DNA from: Lama glama
Taxonomy: Eukaryota
Assembly: GCA_028534125.1 (NCBI GenBank)
Contig: CM052832.1
Location: 21,578,001-21,642,000 of the forward strand
DNA: 64,000 nucleotides
Direction: 5' to 3'
The position numbers were made by a program, and so were the translations under genes. Positions 1-12,214 of this stretch are shown here, piece by piece (positions within the stretch are counted from its first letter, which is position 1; each line of letters opens with the position of its first letter). A model generated the notes under the pieces. The model saw only the letters and a list, made by a program, of their open reading frames with translations, was not told the origin of the DNA and searched no databases.

Positions 1-229
1 AGTGACAACACGTAATGAGATTTTAATGTGAATAAAATAGAATTATTTTAGTTAGGAAATACAAAGTTTCTCTTTTCTTTACAAGACATAAAGAGTTGAA
101 ACATTAAAATTGAAATATAAACGTAATTGGTAAGTATACTTCAGAATCACTATGTACTGGTGAAAACTGTGCTATACGTTCAGAAGGATGTCTGTTAACC
201 CAATAAGACTAGTAACATGCTTCTCTTAC

Positions 230-292
230 CTTGTGATCATAGGGATTGTAAGAATGAAACACGCGAGAAAGATCTTTTGTTCTTTGCTTTTT
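230..292 (-). CDS. CDKAL1: CDKAL1 next coding exon (63 nt), linker leading toward the TRAM domain
   Basis: Minus strand reads ttccacag|AAA AAG CAA AGA ... GAT CAC AAG|gtaagag = KKQRTKDLSRVFHSYNPYDHK. Phase 0/0; continues directly from ...VPAQV of the 181-nt exon, as in the recalled CDKAL1 protein. Confidence 0.97.
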
Positions 293-729
293 CTGTGGAA
301 GAAAACACAAACATTTGTGTTGACAGGTGGCAAAAATATATACATCTGTATATATCTGTATGTACACCTCTGTCTGCCTGTCTGTCTGTTTTATGACATT
401 GTTTATGTAGAGGTTCTCCCCTTGTACCAGCTGAGGGACTACACTGTCAATCTGGGACAAATGGATACAACTAGAAGCCAAAGCCATTTGATGGTTATGT
501 GGGTCACTGTCCCAGACCAGCCAGGCAATCGCTTCCTAGAAGGCTCTGTAATTAAAACTCTATTTATAATAAATGCATAATTCGGAGACTAAAATGAAGA
601 AAAAGCTATGAAAAGAAAGAAAACAAACACATTTAGAGCACTTTAAACTTCACTGAAATACCAACTTCTGTTACTCAGAATTGGGCACTCACGCTTACAT
701 TTAATATACCTTCTTCAGGCTTCCTGGCC

Positions 730-862
730 ACAGCGTCGGTCTGTCCGCTGGAGCCTGCAGCTGTGAGCCTGCCTTTGCTCTGTCACTGCTATATAGTGAC
801 ATGTGTTTATGTCTCACACACACTCAATAAGTATCTGCTATGTCAACGAATAAATGAATATA
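730..862 (+). mobile_element. L2 3' end fragment
   Basis: ctcaataagtatctgctatgtcaacgaataaatgaat resembles the L2 terminal (TGAA)n tail region. Confidence 0.55.
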
Positions 863-2789
863 TCTGAGTTAGGTATATAATTATTATCTCTGCAATGATG
901 ACACGTAACTCACACACAGTTATGAAAAGACGAGCCTTTCTTCGCTTGTAATGATGCTTCCTTGATTAGAAGAAGCCAGGCACTACTCCAGTGCCCTCCC
1001 CACCACCTAGTCCCCAGTATCTGCGACAATGAAGCGTGTAGTTCTCTTACGAGAGCTGACTGTAAGAATCAGCTTGTTTTCTAATCCACTGTGATTTGTC
1101 CACCCACCATAACCACCATGAGCCATTCTGCAGGTGTTTCCAGACCTTCGGTGTGTGTATCTTCACACACAACTGATTACTATTACTTTCAAAGAAAAGG
1201 GATCATTCTGTGCAAAGTGCTCTGAAACTTACTTTTTTCCACTTAACAATTTATCCTTGCCAAACTCGAAGGCTTGTATATCCAGCTCTCTAATCCCTTA
1301 CACAGAGTTCTGAAGCCCAAAAAACTTATGAAATCTGAACTTTTTTCCCGCAATTCACTTCAATTTTTAAGTAAAATGATAATCTCCCCACAAACATCTT
1401 TGCCAGCCTTAGAGTGTATATATATATATTTTAAAGATAAATTACAGAAGTCCAGTCACAGGATCAAATAGTATGCTTGTCATAATTACCCTGACAGAAA
1501 CTGCCAAACAGCCCCTTACCCCAAACTCTGTACTGATGTCCTCTTGCCAAGACAGAATCAGAGAAGGGATGCGGCTTAAAAAGGAAGTTCTTAATTTCTC
1601 TCTTCCATTTAAAGATTAGGACATTTCTAAATTTAGAGAACAGATACATTTTAAAAACAGATATTGAACATCTTCCCAGAATCTGATGATAGAATTTATT
1701 TCTTGTGTTTACTTTTCATACAGCATAGAGTTAGCCCACTACTACATCTTAAAATTCTGCCATGAGAATGGCCTGTTTGACTTTAACACTGCCCTCATCT
1801 TGCTCCATATTCTCTTCAGATGTTGTTAATCCTTGCCTGGTGTCCACATTTCCTAGAGAAGTAGTCCTTCCTTAAACTCCAGTGTCCTCAGGAACCCATC
1901 TGTCATACCTCCCCAATGTCGGAGATCTAAGCACATCCCCCAGCATAGCTTCCACACGACCTTCGGCAGCTACTTGGCTAAGTAGTCAGATCTGATATTA
2001 ATTAGCACCTTGTGTTCGAGTCATCTGTATAGAAGTCACAGTTTTTCCATAGATTAGTTCCCTATTTCAGAACTCTCTTTGGAGCCACAATTCCAGTTAG
2101 CAGTCCTTCAAATCACTTGGCCTGTTTCCACATTCTGATGCCGACTAGAGGTCATCCCTCCCGGCAGCTCAGCCAATATTCCTACTTTCTCTATCCACTT
2201 CTGAGCTGTGCTTCTGACCACCTGGCTCCAAAGTAATTTAACACGCTTTTCTCTGGAGAGCAGACATGTATTTCTGAACTGATTGGAAATGGCCCTGTGG
2301 CTCTGTGAGCCCTGGAATCCATTCTGAACAGGTCACTTGCCCACCAAAGTTTTCATTAGCTTATAATTTTCTCTTTCCTTTCCATACACCCACTTAGTTG
2401 GTTTAACAGGTCTTGGCTTACACTTCAATCAGAAGGAAAATGACGGATATTAACACTTCCTTTGGTAGGAGACAATATAAAACACTGGGGAAATTTTTTT
2501 TCAGGAAGGAAATTATGCTAGAGAAGATAAAATAGGTGGCATATCAGTATTCAACGTAGGAGGTGTCCCAAGGACTGATCAGCACTAGAAACGGTTGAGC
2601 TACAAGCTTGAGTTGGCAGGTGGATAAGGAACATTCAGAGGTAGTTTTGTGTGGGCTTTTTATGTGGGTTTTGATTTTACGTCTTTATTTTCATAGCTAA
2701 AACCTATCTATATATTTTTTCTATTATTTTGGGAAGAAAGTAGTGTAAATAATAAGCAAATGACACTATTCACACTAAGCCCCCAAAGA

Positions 2790-2921
2790 GGGGAGGGTAT
2801 AGCTCAGTCATAGAATGCTTGCTTAACACGCACAAGGTCCTGGGTTCAATCCCCAGCACCTCCATTAAGAAATAATTAAGTAAACAAGCCTAATTACCTC
2901 TCCACCCTCAAAAAACCACAA
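2790..2921 (+). mobile_element. tRNA-derived SINE, camelid (vic-1-like) type, with 14-bp TSD
   Basis: Head ggggagggtatagctcag (A box) and gggttcaatcccc (B box), A-rich tail. Flanked by taagcccccaaaga (2776-2789) and taagccccaaaaga (2922-2935). Confidence 0.88.
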
Positions 2922-3116
2922 TAAGCCCCAAAAGAAGACAGTGATGGAAGAATGCCTTTTTTTCGGACAACAAATTTATTATGCATAACCACAGTGAAGT
3001 CTTGGCTATGAATATTGAAGGTTATAAATTATTAGTCCTGTTAACTGAAAACCAGTGCTATTTTTCCTGTGAAGTCAGAGTCGTATAGCCCAGTGATGTA
3101 TCTTCAGGATCCAGAA

Positions 3117-3339
3117 TAGGGGCTGACTAACAATGGCCCCAGGGCCAATCCAGCCTATTGCCTGTTTCCATCAATAAAGTTTTATTGAAACACAGCTGCA
3201 CTCATTTGCTTATATATTATCTATGACTGCTTTCATGCCACAATGGCAGAATTGGAGTGGTTACAATAGAGGCTTTATAGCCCATAAATCCTAAGGTACT
3301 TACTATTTGGCCCGTTACAGAAAACATGAGCCACCTCTG
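3117..3339 (+). mobile_element. hAT-Charlie MITE, MER58A-like
   Basis: aataaagttttattgaaacacagc...tacttactatttggcccgttacagaaaa matches recalled MER58A; degenerate 8-bp TSD atccagaa/atttagaa. Confidence 0.85.
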
Positions 3340-4735
3340 ATTTAGAACCTCTATCTCTAACTACGTCTACTTCTGGCAGTAGCCCTTTGACCCCAAATCA
3401 CATGAACAACTAACTGTTCAGCAAAATTCCTTGCTCCTACTTACTGAATGGAAACAGGTTAAGAATCGATCATAATCCATATCCTAACACATCAGGATGA
3501 AGAAACCAAGCAAAATACCAATTAGCTGTCTTGTTTTCAGGATTTTACCTTCTGAGCATTCTGTATTCAGACAGAGAATGTTACAAGTTGGTTTCTGGAG
3601 CTTTCTGAGCCTTCTGTATTCACATTAAAACTGCTGATGACAAAAACTCTGAAAAGAGACCTGTTACTAAGTTCTGGCATTAAAGCCAAGTAGAAGGCTT
3701 TGTGTACTAGTAACTAAAGTTGCTAGTGAGCCAGTTTCTCACATGCACACAGCGTTAACAATACTATCCTACAAAGCCTGTTGAGCCTTGCTATCAGCAG
3801 TTTTAACTGAAATTAAGAGCTGAGCCCAAAATGGAGTAATTAGGTATTTTCCTATTGCATCACAGTGTGTGTCTAAATTACCTCCCACTTTTTAGCCTGT
3901 TAAACATCTCAGTCATGCAACCACCTGTTAATTCTCCAAGCGTTTAAAAAGTAAACATGTTAAACAAGTTGCGTGATGAACTTGTAACAAGGGTGCCCAA
4001 AGCACAAGGCGTAAGGCAAATCTCTCCCCCAGCACTGAACGAGGTGCCATCAAGTCAGCTCCACCATCAACCTCGAGGTACACAGAGATGAGAGGATGTT
4101 CCAAAGTAACTACGTGCCGAGCCCTGCAGTATGCAAATTTGATAAAACTTCTGGATTTCTGACAAGTTGAACATTTCCTAAACTGCTTGTGAATTTCACT
4201 CTGCAAGGACAGGAAACACCGATGACCCCTTTTATATCCATGTTTAAACTCCCTTTCTGACAAAAACAAACAAAATTAAAGGTCCCAAGGGAGGATTTTT
4301 AACAGTTCAGGTTTCCAGACAATGTAATTATTCCAATTTTTATCAAAGGTATGCAACGGAACTCAGAACTGAAAGACACTCTACATGTGAGGAGAACCTG
4401 TGTTATTTCGAATGTGATGTTATACAATCAACTGAGTTTTAACAATATCCACCAACTGAACTTCTCTTGGTTCCTCTAACTAACTCGGTGCTTTCTGTGC
4501 CCATTCTCTACTTGTAGATTAAAGTTTTCTCAAATAAATAGTGTTATTATAAGGTAAAACTGTAATAATGCTATGAATATCATTTCTATATATGGAATCT
4601 CAAAAATGATAAAACCTACAAGCTTTCTGAGTTTGATGTGCTCCAAGTATATTATAATAAAATAAAAATGCTTCAGTAAGCCTTCGTCAGACTTTGTGGT
4701 AGAACCCAAAAGGCAGGTTTGAGCGTCAGCGTACC

Positions 4736-6815
4736 AACTTCTGCTCTCTAGTTTTGCAGGTTAAGCGGCTTGGAAGTGGTCACTCTGTTCCAACAGGTAA
4801 CAAGGTGAAAAGACTGGAAACCCAGCAACTCTTCTTGAAGAGAGGGGAGGACACAGGGAAGACCGCTGCACTCCCCGCAACCCCAGCCTGGAGAGACCAA
4901 CAGGTAAACACAGGGAATGCAGCTTCCCAGACAGAGTGGATCACTGTGGGAACCAGTGCTGGGGTAGGGAAACCTGAACCGTACTTGCTGGATGGCTGGG
5001 CTCAGTGCTGACAACTCTGAGAGCTGAGAACTCCACGGGGATCCGGCCATAGGGGGCCCCACAACGTTGTGAGATTTACCACCAGGAGCTCAACGAGGTT
5101 CCCACAGTAGATATCAGAGAAAAATCCCCTTCGGTTTCCAGCAGAAGGAGGGGGGAAGGAACCATTCTGAAATACACCAGTGCACTCTGTTCTTAGCAGG
5201 GCCTGCCCGCAGGAGAAACTAGCTAACCAGAGCCTGACTGACCTGGGGAAGGGAATATGCAACTCCAGCCCATCTAGCCATCCTATCTCACCAAAGAGCA
5301 GGGAAAAAAACTGGGAAACACTTGCTATGTTCACAGTCCAGAGGTCTAGGCCAACTGGAAGACTGAGATCTAGTCAGAGGAATACAGGACATTTCCCCGC
5401 TTCTCACATCTTGCCATATCACTAAAGGCAACTCCTTTGAGCCAGTAATCACGTCTGGTTATCAAGAAAAATCACAAAGAATTATTATCAGAAAAATCAA
5501 AGGCAAAAAACACCCACAATTTGAAAACACAGAGTAAACATCACAAGCAGACATGGCAGAGAGGTGAGAATTACCATTAAGCTGGGATGAATACACGACG
5601 GGCTCTAACGGATAAAGCGGACAGCAGGTGGGAACAAATGGACGAGGTAAGCAGAGATGGAAATCCTAAGAAAGAGCCCAAGGAAATGCTAGAGATCAAA
5701 AACAGTGTAAGAGAAATGAAGAATGCCTTTATGAACTTACTAGTAGACTGGACGCAGCTGAGGAAAGAATCTCGGAGCTAAAGGATATATCAACAGACTC
5801 CTGGAAAATGCAAAGCAAAGAACAAAGACTGAACGAAAAGGGAAGAGAATATCCAAAGATACTGTGGGATAACTATGTTACGGAACTACCAGAAGAAGAA
5901 GAAAGAAAGGAAAAGAAATATTTGAAACAATAATGGCTGAGAATTTCCCCAGACTAAGGCCAGACACCAAACCACAGTCCCAGGAAGCTCAGAGAACACC
6001 AAGGAGGACACATGCCAAGAAAACTACACCTTGGCATATCATTTTCAAATTACAGTAAACCAAAGATGAAGAAAAAAATCCTGAAAGAAGCCCGGGATGG
6101 GGAGGGGGGAACACCTCAACCTATAGAGGAACAATGGTAAGAGTTACATCCAACTTCCCTCAGAAACCAGGCAGGCAGGAAGAGACTGGAGTGAAACATT
6201 TGAAGTGTTGAGAGATAAAAAAACCTACCAACCTAGAATTCTGTACCCTGCAAAATTATCCTTCAAAAATGAAGAGGCAATGAAGATTTTTTCACTCAAA
6301 AAGAAATGAGGGCATTTGTTGCCAGTAGACCTGCCTTGCAAAAAATGTTAAAAGAAGTGCTTTAGAGAGAAGGAAAAGAACATAGGTCAGAAATGTGAAG
6401 CTACATGAAAAAAGGAAGAGCACTGAGGAAGGAATAAATGGAAGTGCAATAAAAAACTTTTATTTTTTCTTATTCTTAATTGATCTAATAGATAAGTTTG
6501 TTCAAAGTAATAATAGCAAAAACTAATAAAAATAACAGCAACAAATGATAGCAACAATTTGACTATGTATGCTTATGTTTACATGAAATGAATGACAGCA
6601 ACGGTACAAGGGATGGGAGGAAGGAATTAGGATTCTTTTATTATTATAAGGTACTCACACTGCCTGTGAAGCAGTGTCGTCCCAGGTGAAAGGGGGTTGT
6701 TTTTTACTTGGATTAATTGCAAACAAACGTTGCAAACTCTAGGGCAACCACTAAAATAAGTTGTTTTTGTTTTGTTTTGTTTTGAATGTGTAACTGATAT
6801 GCTAGGAAAGGAGAG
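4736..6815 (+). mobile_element. Ancient L1 (L1MC/L1M4-like) 5'UTR plus decayed ORF1
   Basis: ORF1-like peptides EMLEIKNSVREMKNAF (within ORF 5587-5781) and YQPRILYPAKLSFKNE (~6226-6273), with frameshifts and stops. Confidence 0.88.
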
Positions 6816-7699
6816 TTTCAACACACTTAGGTTTTCCTGCTCCCTTTCTGGCAGAGAGCCTGGGTAACCGATTGACTGGCAAAAGCAGCGGGGAAGTAAG
6901 AGTGAGAGGATAGGGGGCCAAGGCACGTCACCAACTGGGCAATCAGGTTCTGAGTGGCTGACCTTTGGGTCATGCGGGGTAAAGGAGACAATGGAGCAAT
7001 GACGGTGCCCTGGGGACTAGGAGAGTTAGGACTTAGGCTCTAAATACCTTCTAAGAGACTGGAGTCAAAATTCCAGGTAATATAAAGCCCAGGGATGGAG
7101 GCCTGGTCAGTTACCACATGCCAGGGACAGGTATCCCATAGGGAAGTCACAGAACCAAATCCTGAGGCAAAAGGGGGGAAACAGCCAAGAGTTGCAAGAT
7201 AATAAATGCCTGAGAGTCAAAAGGGTTAATGGTGAAGAACTAGGAACCAAGAGGGTCAAAGTGAAAACAAGGACTTAGCAAAAACATTAAGAGACACTGA
7301 AGTCACGGATGAGAAACGAAGCAGCAAGGAAGCCTCAAGAGTAAGGGAAGGCCTTAACGACCGAGGATGTGTTCTGATGCTAAGGCAGGTCTGATGTTTC
7401 TCTTGGGATCTTCTGTTGTGCTTCCTGCAGGGGCAGCTGCCCGTAGTCAGGGTGTGGGCAACGCGGGGCCCATTAAGCTCAGTCTGAAATGGGATCGCGT
7501 TTGGCTGAAGACGGAAAGTAGTGTAGTGTACCGGGGAGGTCGGTTTCTGATAAAAGCAGAAAGTACAGAACTGAGTCTATAGATAGATCCTGCCATTTAT
7601 AAGCTGTAAGAAAGTAGGTCGCGTATAGACACCGAGGCAGACAGAAAAGGAGGCAGCTTTGATGAATCAAAGAAAACGGCTAAATGATTAGAGCACATG

Positions 7700-8260
7700 A
7701 TGCAAGAAATGTGACAAATGATCACATTTGTGTTTCAAAAAGAGCTTCCTAATGGTGTTAAGTATGGAGCGCACAGGAAGGTCAGAGGTCGAAGACTGCG
7801 AGAGGATGCTGAGGTGGTTTGGAAAAAATAACAGCATCTCAGATGAAGCGAGGTGCAAGGAGAGGAGGTGAGATGATGTGAGAGACAGCGGAGAGGTGGG
7901 ATGGGTGCGTCTGGGCAGACAGGAGACCAGAGGAAGACGCCAAGATTTCCAGCATGGAGGGCTGAGGTGGGGGAGGTGTCCTGCACTGAGGTAAGGAATC
8001 TAGACTGACAAGTAGGTTTGGGGATGGGGGAAGGGAGGGAAATTGGGTTTCAAATTCAGTGTTTGATGTGGCTGGCTGGGAGACACTGGGAGAGTTAACG
8101 AGAAGGAAGTCAGATTCAAGGGTGTGGTGCTAAGAAGAGACATGTGGGACGGAGATTTGGGAGTCATGAGGCAATGGGTGTGATTTAAAGCAGGAGATGG
8201 ATGTGATCGCACAGGGAGTATTAAGGACATAAGAAAATTCAGGTTAAAATCCAAGAGAAG
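7700..8260 (-). mobile_element. L2 internal fragment
   Basis: Purine-rich plus strand with L2-antisense motifs such as ggagatttgggagtcat and atggatgtgatcgc. Confidence 0.65.
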
Positions 8261-8350
8261 AATAGCTCTCTGACTGCTGTAAAATGAGTGGGCTGGATTA
8301 AACCACAGTTTTCAACCGTGGTTGCAGGTTAGAATCACGGGGGAGACTTT

Positions 8351-8713
8351 ATTCACTTACTTATTTTTTAATTGTGGGAAATACATAACATAAGATCTAC
8401 CCTATTAACAAACATTTAAGTGCACAACACAGTACTGTTAACTACTGTTGTACAACTTTTCAGAACTTTTTCATCTCACATGACTGAAACTCTACACTCA
8501 CTACACAGCAACTCCCGGCTCCTCCCCTCTCCCCCTGTCCTGGGCAACCACCATTCTACTCTCTGCTTCTATGAGTTTAGACACTTCATATAAGTGGGAT
8601 CATACAGTGTTTGTTCTTCTGTGATTGGCTTCTTTCACTCAGCATAATGTCCATAGGTTCATCATAATGTAGCCTGTGACAGAACCTTCTGCTTTTTCAA
8701 GGCTGTATATTCC
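8351..8713 (-). mobile_element. L1MB-like 3' end
   Basis: ggcaaccaccattctactctctgcttctatgagt...cttcatataagtgggatcatacag is L1MB 3'UTR antisense; T-rich tail at the left end. Confidence 0.85.
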
Positions 8714-9138
8714 TTGATCTGTACTCTACTCTAGACTTCTATTCTGAGTTTTATACCAATGAAATTAAAACTCATATATTTTGTCTCACCACACTTTTGT
8801 GCTCCTGCTAGTAGTCCGTGGTGCACTCACCAATGCAAGAACTTCTTGGGCAGATTGGCCTAATACCCACTCACATATAAAGGTGGTTCTCTCTACCTTT
8901 GATGTATTGCCAATATTGCATGACCTTTTCTTTCTTTCTTTTTTTTTTTTACATTTCATTAAAATTAGGTTTATACAAAATATAAGTCTTTGTCTATAAA
9001 AATCACCTTTTAAATTGAATAATCAGACTTTTGGGGGCCACTCTAGATTCTTAGCTTAACTCAGCACAGTCTTTGGGCAAACTTCTTCCCACTGTGGGCC
9101 TGTTTACTCATTTGTAAAATGGGGAGATGAGACTAGAT

Positions 9139-9339
9139 CAGTGGTCCTCACCGAGGGCCATTTTGCCCCTCGCTGGACACACAACGGCAATGTGTGAGGA
9201 CATTTTTGGTTGTCACACTCGGGGAGGGTTGCTATTGGCATCTACTGAGTAGAGGCCTACAGTGCACAGGACAGCCCTCCCCGCAACTAAAGAGCCATCC
9301 AGCCCCGAATGTCAACAGTGCTGAGGTTGAGAAACCCTT
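9139..9339 (+). mobile_element. MER20 (hAT-Charlie) inserted in a MIR
   Basis: cagtggtcctca...gacatttttggttgtcac...aatgtcaacagtgctgaggttgagaaaccc; TSD gactagat/gactagct; MIR-like sequence on both sides. Confidence 0.88.
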
Positions 9340-10304
9340 GACTAGCTAATATCGACCAGCTCTAAAATGCCAGGACTCACTGGGGAGCCTTTAAGTGTAC
9401 CAGTGCTCCAGCCCTAGGCCCCAGTGATGCTGATTTAATTGGCACAGTGGGACCTATGAAGTGTATTATTTAAATGCTCTTGAGTTTTCCAATGAGCAGC
9501 CAAAGTTGAAAACCACTAGCCAAGATGATCCCTAAGGTCTTTTCCAGCTGTTGACCTCTATTCTTCTAGATCAGCCCCCCACCCCACCCCCAACTTCCAG
9601 CTGTCGCCATTCTGGGTTCTGAAGTCTATCAGGCATCTTCATTCTTAACCTCCATATTATGCCTGTAGCCTTGCCTTATTTCTTGATCCCTTCCTTTACT
9701 TAAAAACGGATTCTCTGTAGGAATTCCTCTGGGGCACCCTGAGGCTTTGGCTGCGGAGACAGGCTGCTGTTATGTATTAAGTTCTCTACATGGTGAGAGC
9801 TTTTGAAAAATAAATGGAAAGCTAATTTAATAAACATGAACCTTTATTTTGTTATCTATGTATAAAACATTAGAAGCTTAATTAAAAGCACTTGACATTA
9901 TCAGCACTCAATCACAACCTCACGTTCATACTCAACATTTTTGGATGGTGTCCCTAACATGATAATAATCACTCAAGATCACTGAGAAGGAGGAAAAACA
10001 AGTCCATGGAATGGGGACCTCAAAATTTAGAAATTAAAAAAAAAATCAATGATGTGAAATATGTTTGGTGATCAAAAATAACCCCAAAATACTCAAGGAA
10101 ATAAACTCTTCAAAAATCTCATCTGCTTTTCGTTTATAAGGCATAGATAATACTTCCGTGTTCTATGAGAAACAACTCTACTGTGAGGGTGGTAGGAAAA
10201 GTAAAGAAAAATAAAGCTGCCCTGACTTTGTGTCTTTTCACCTCTTACTTTCTAGTAAGATCTGCAAGATAATGGAAATGACCATAAACACTGCTGACTA
10301 TAGT

Positions 10305-10691
10305 CTTTTTAAAAAATTTATCTTCACTGATGTATCACTGATTTACAATGTTGTGTTAATTTCAGGTATATGGCAAAGTGATTCAGTTTTATATATAAAT
10401 ATTTTTGGGTTTTTACAAGATATTGAATATAGTTCCCTGTGCTATATAGTAGGTCCTGTTACTTATCTATTTCATATGTAGTAGTGTGTATATGTTAATC
10501 CCAAACTCCTAATTTATCCCTTTCTCCGACTCCTTTCCCTTTTGGTAACCATAGTTTGTTTTTTATGTCTGTGAGTCTATTTCTGGCTTATAAGTAAGTT
10601 CATTTGTGTATGTGTGTGTGTGTATACATATTTTTGTTGTTGTTGTTGTTTCCACATATAAGTGATATCATATGATATTTGTCTTTCTCTG
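10305..10691 (-). mobile_element. 5'-truncated cetartiodactyl-type L1 3' end with 15-bp TSD
   Basis: tacaagatattgaatatagttccctgtgctata...ttttggtaaccatag; TSD actgctgactatagt (10290-10304) and actgctgactgtagt (10692-10706). Confidence 0.9.
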
Positions 10692-11636
10692 ACTGCTGAC
10701 TGTAGTAAATTTCCTTCTCTCCCTCCTGTTACAGCAAATTCAAGGAGAGTTCCCATGTTCTTTAGTTTCTTGAATCTCCACAGTGGGGGGCCCAGGATAA
10801 GCATTTCTTGGAGGACACTAAAGCAGCAGACCTCTAAGAGTGGAAGTTAGAAAAGAGACAAGTGAATTTGTTCACCTGACTGTAATGGGGCGCAAATAAA
10901 ATAACCAGGCCATCGTGGAAATGTACCACAGATTCTAAAGCACAGCAGGTGTCAGTGGGAGACTTTTTTTCAGCCCTATGGTTTCTAAAATAACCTCAAG
11001 GGAAGGAAGGTGCCACAATCAGCCTCACGTTGTCACAGCAGGGGTGGGAGAGGAGCAGGGGCACCTTTTACCCTGGCAGGTCCTTAACTAGGCAACAGAT
11101 GTGGGAAGAAAATGCAAATAGGGAATTCTGCATTAACCCAGCAGTAATCTGATAAAATAAAATATAAGTTGCCATATCGCTTATATCAAGCTTACCTTAC
11201 TTTCTAAAGAGAACATTTGTTTGCAAGGAAAGGTCATTCTTTTGAAAACAAAGGCAGGGCTGGCACAAAAGAAAGGAAGGAGACAACTATTATGTGGTGA
11301 TCAGTGTTGCCAAAGCGAAAAGCCATTACAAGCAGTTAGAGAACAAATAGCCTTTCAACATAAAACAAATCTCTGCAAAGCAAAAAAGCAAAGTCAAAGA
11401 GCACGAAGCATCACACACACACACACACTGATTCTTTCCAAGCTCCTTGGTATGGCAACCTCCGGGTGCTCAGACGTAGCACAGGGGAACACGGGTTGTT
11501 ATGAATATCAATTCAATATCACTCATCTTCACTCTGCTCTTCCAACCAACCAAAGAGAACCACCTTCACCTCTCTGGATTACTGCAGTGGTATTTTCTTT
11601 CTTGGACTACCTGGGTCCCATTTTCACCCTCTGAAT

Positions 11637-11986
11637 CAAGAGCTGGTAAAATAGGGTCTAAGGGCCAAATATGACTGGCTGCCTAGTTCTGCACAGTCTG
11701 CAGCTTGTTTTTACATTTTCAATCGGCTGGGGGAAACAAAAACCCAAACCCAAACCCAGTAAGAAACAAACAAACAAGAGTACTGGTGGCCTGTGAAAAT
11801 TACATGAAATTGAAAGTCCCATAAAGTTTTATTGGCACACAGCCACACTCACTCGTCCATGTATTGTCTAGGGCTGCTTGTGTGTGGCAATGGCAGACCG
11901 GCATGGCTGTAACAGCAACCCTAAGGCCCATAAAGCCAAAAATATTTACTATCTAGCCCTTGACAGAAAGAGTTTGCCAACCCCGG
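11637..11986 (+). mobile_element. hAT-Charlie MITE, MER58B-like
   Basis: ataaagttttattggcacacagccac...aaaatatttactatctagcccttgacagaaagagtttgccaacccc, with a longer interior than MER58A. Confidence 0.82.
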
Positions 11987-11994
11987 CTTTAAAT

Positions 11995-12170
11995 CACTGG
12001 CGTGCAATCCTGGCTGCCCGCTGGAATCACTGGGGGATTTAAATAATACTGATGTCTGGGGGCCGACGCCAGAGATTCTGATTTAACTGACCTGGGGTGC
12101 AGCCTGGGATTTGGAATTTTAAAAATCTTTGCCGATGATGCTAGGATGAACCCAGGGTTTGGAACCACTG
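11995..12170 (+). mobile_element. MER5-family hAT MITE
   Basis: ggaatcactggggga...ccagagattctgatttaactgacctgggg...gggtttggaaccactg. Confidence 0.8.
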
Positions 12171-12214
12171 CTTAACACACGTCTGTCCTGAGTCCAGGGT
12201 GAGTTCTCTAGTGC

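Larger units (their letters stand above)
8304..9518 (+). mobile_element. MER5-family hAT MITE split in two (8304-8350 and 9377-9518)
   Basis: Left part gttttcaaccgtggttgcaggttagaatcacgggggag; right part ...ctgatttaattgg...gcagccaaagttgaaaaccact. Together they make one MER5-like element. Confidence 0.7.

Noticed and set aside
188..580. 130-aa plus-strand ORF overlapping the 63-nt exon
   Set aside because: Antisense to a real exon, low-complexity composition, no recognisable protein similarity.
2790..2865. tRNA gene
   Set aside because: The tRNA-like head continues into a SINE body, A-rich tail and TSD, and a second diverged copy exists at 28115.
5587..5781. ORF with L1 ORF1 similarity as a domesticated gene
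   Set aside because: Short fragment of a frameshifted, stop-riddled L1; no intact ORF1.
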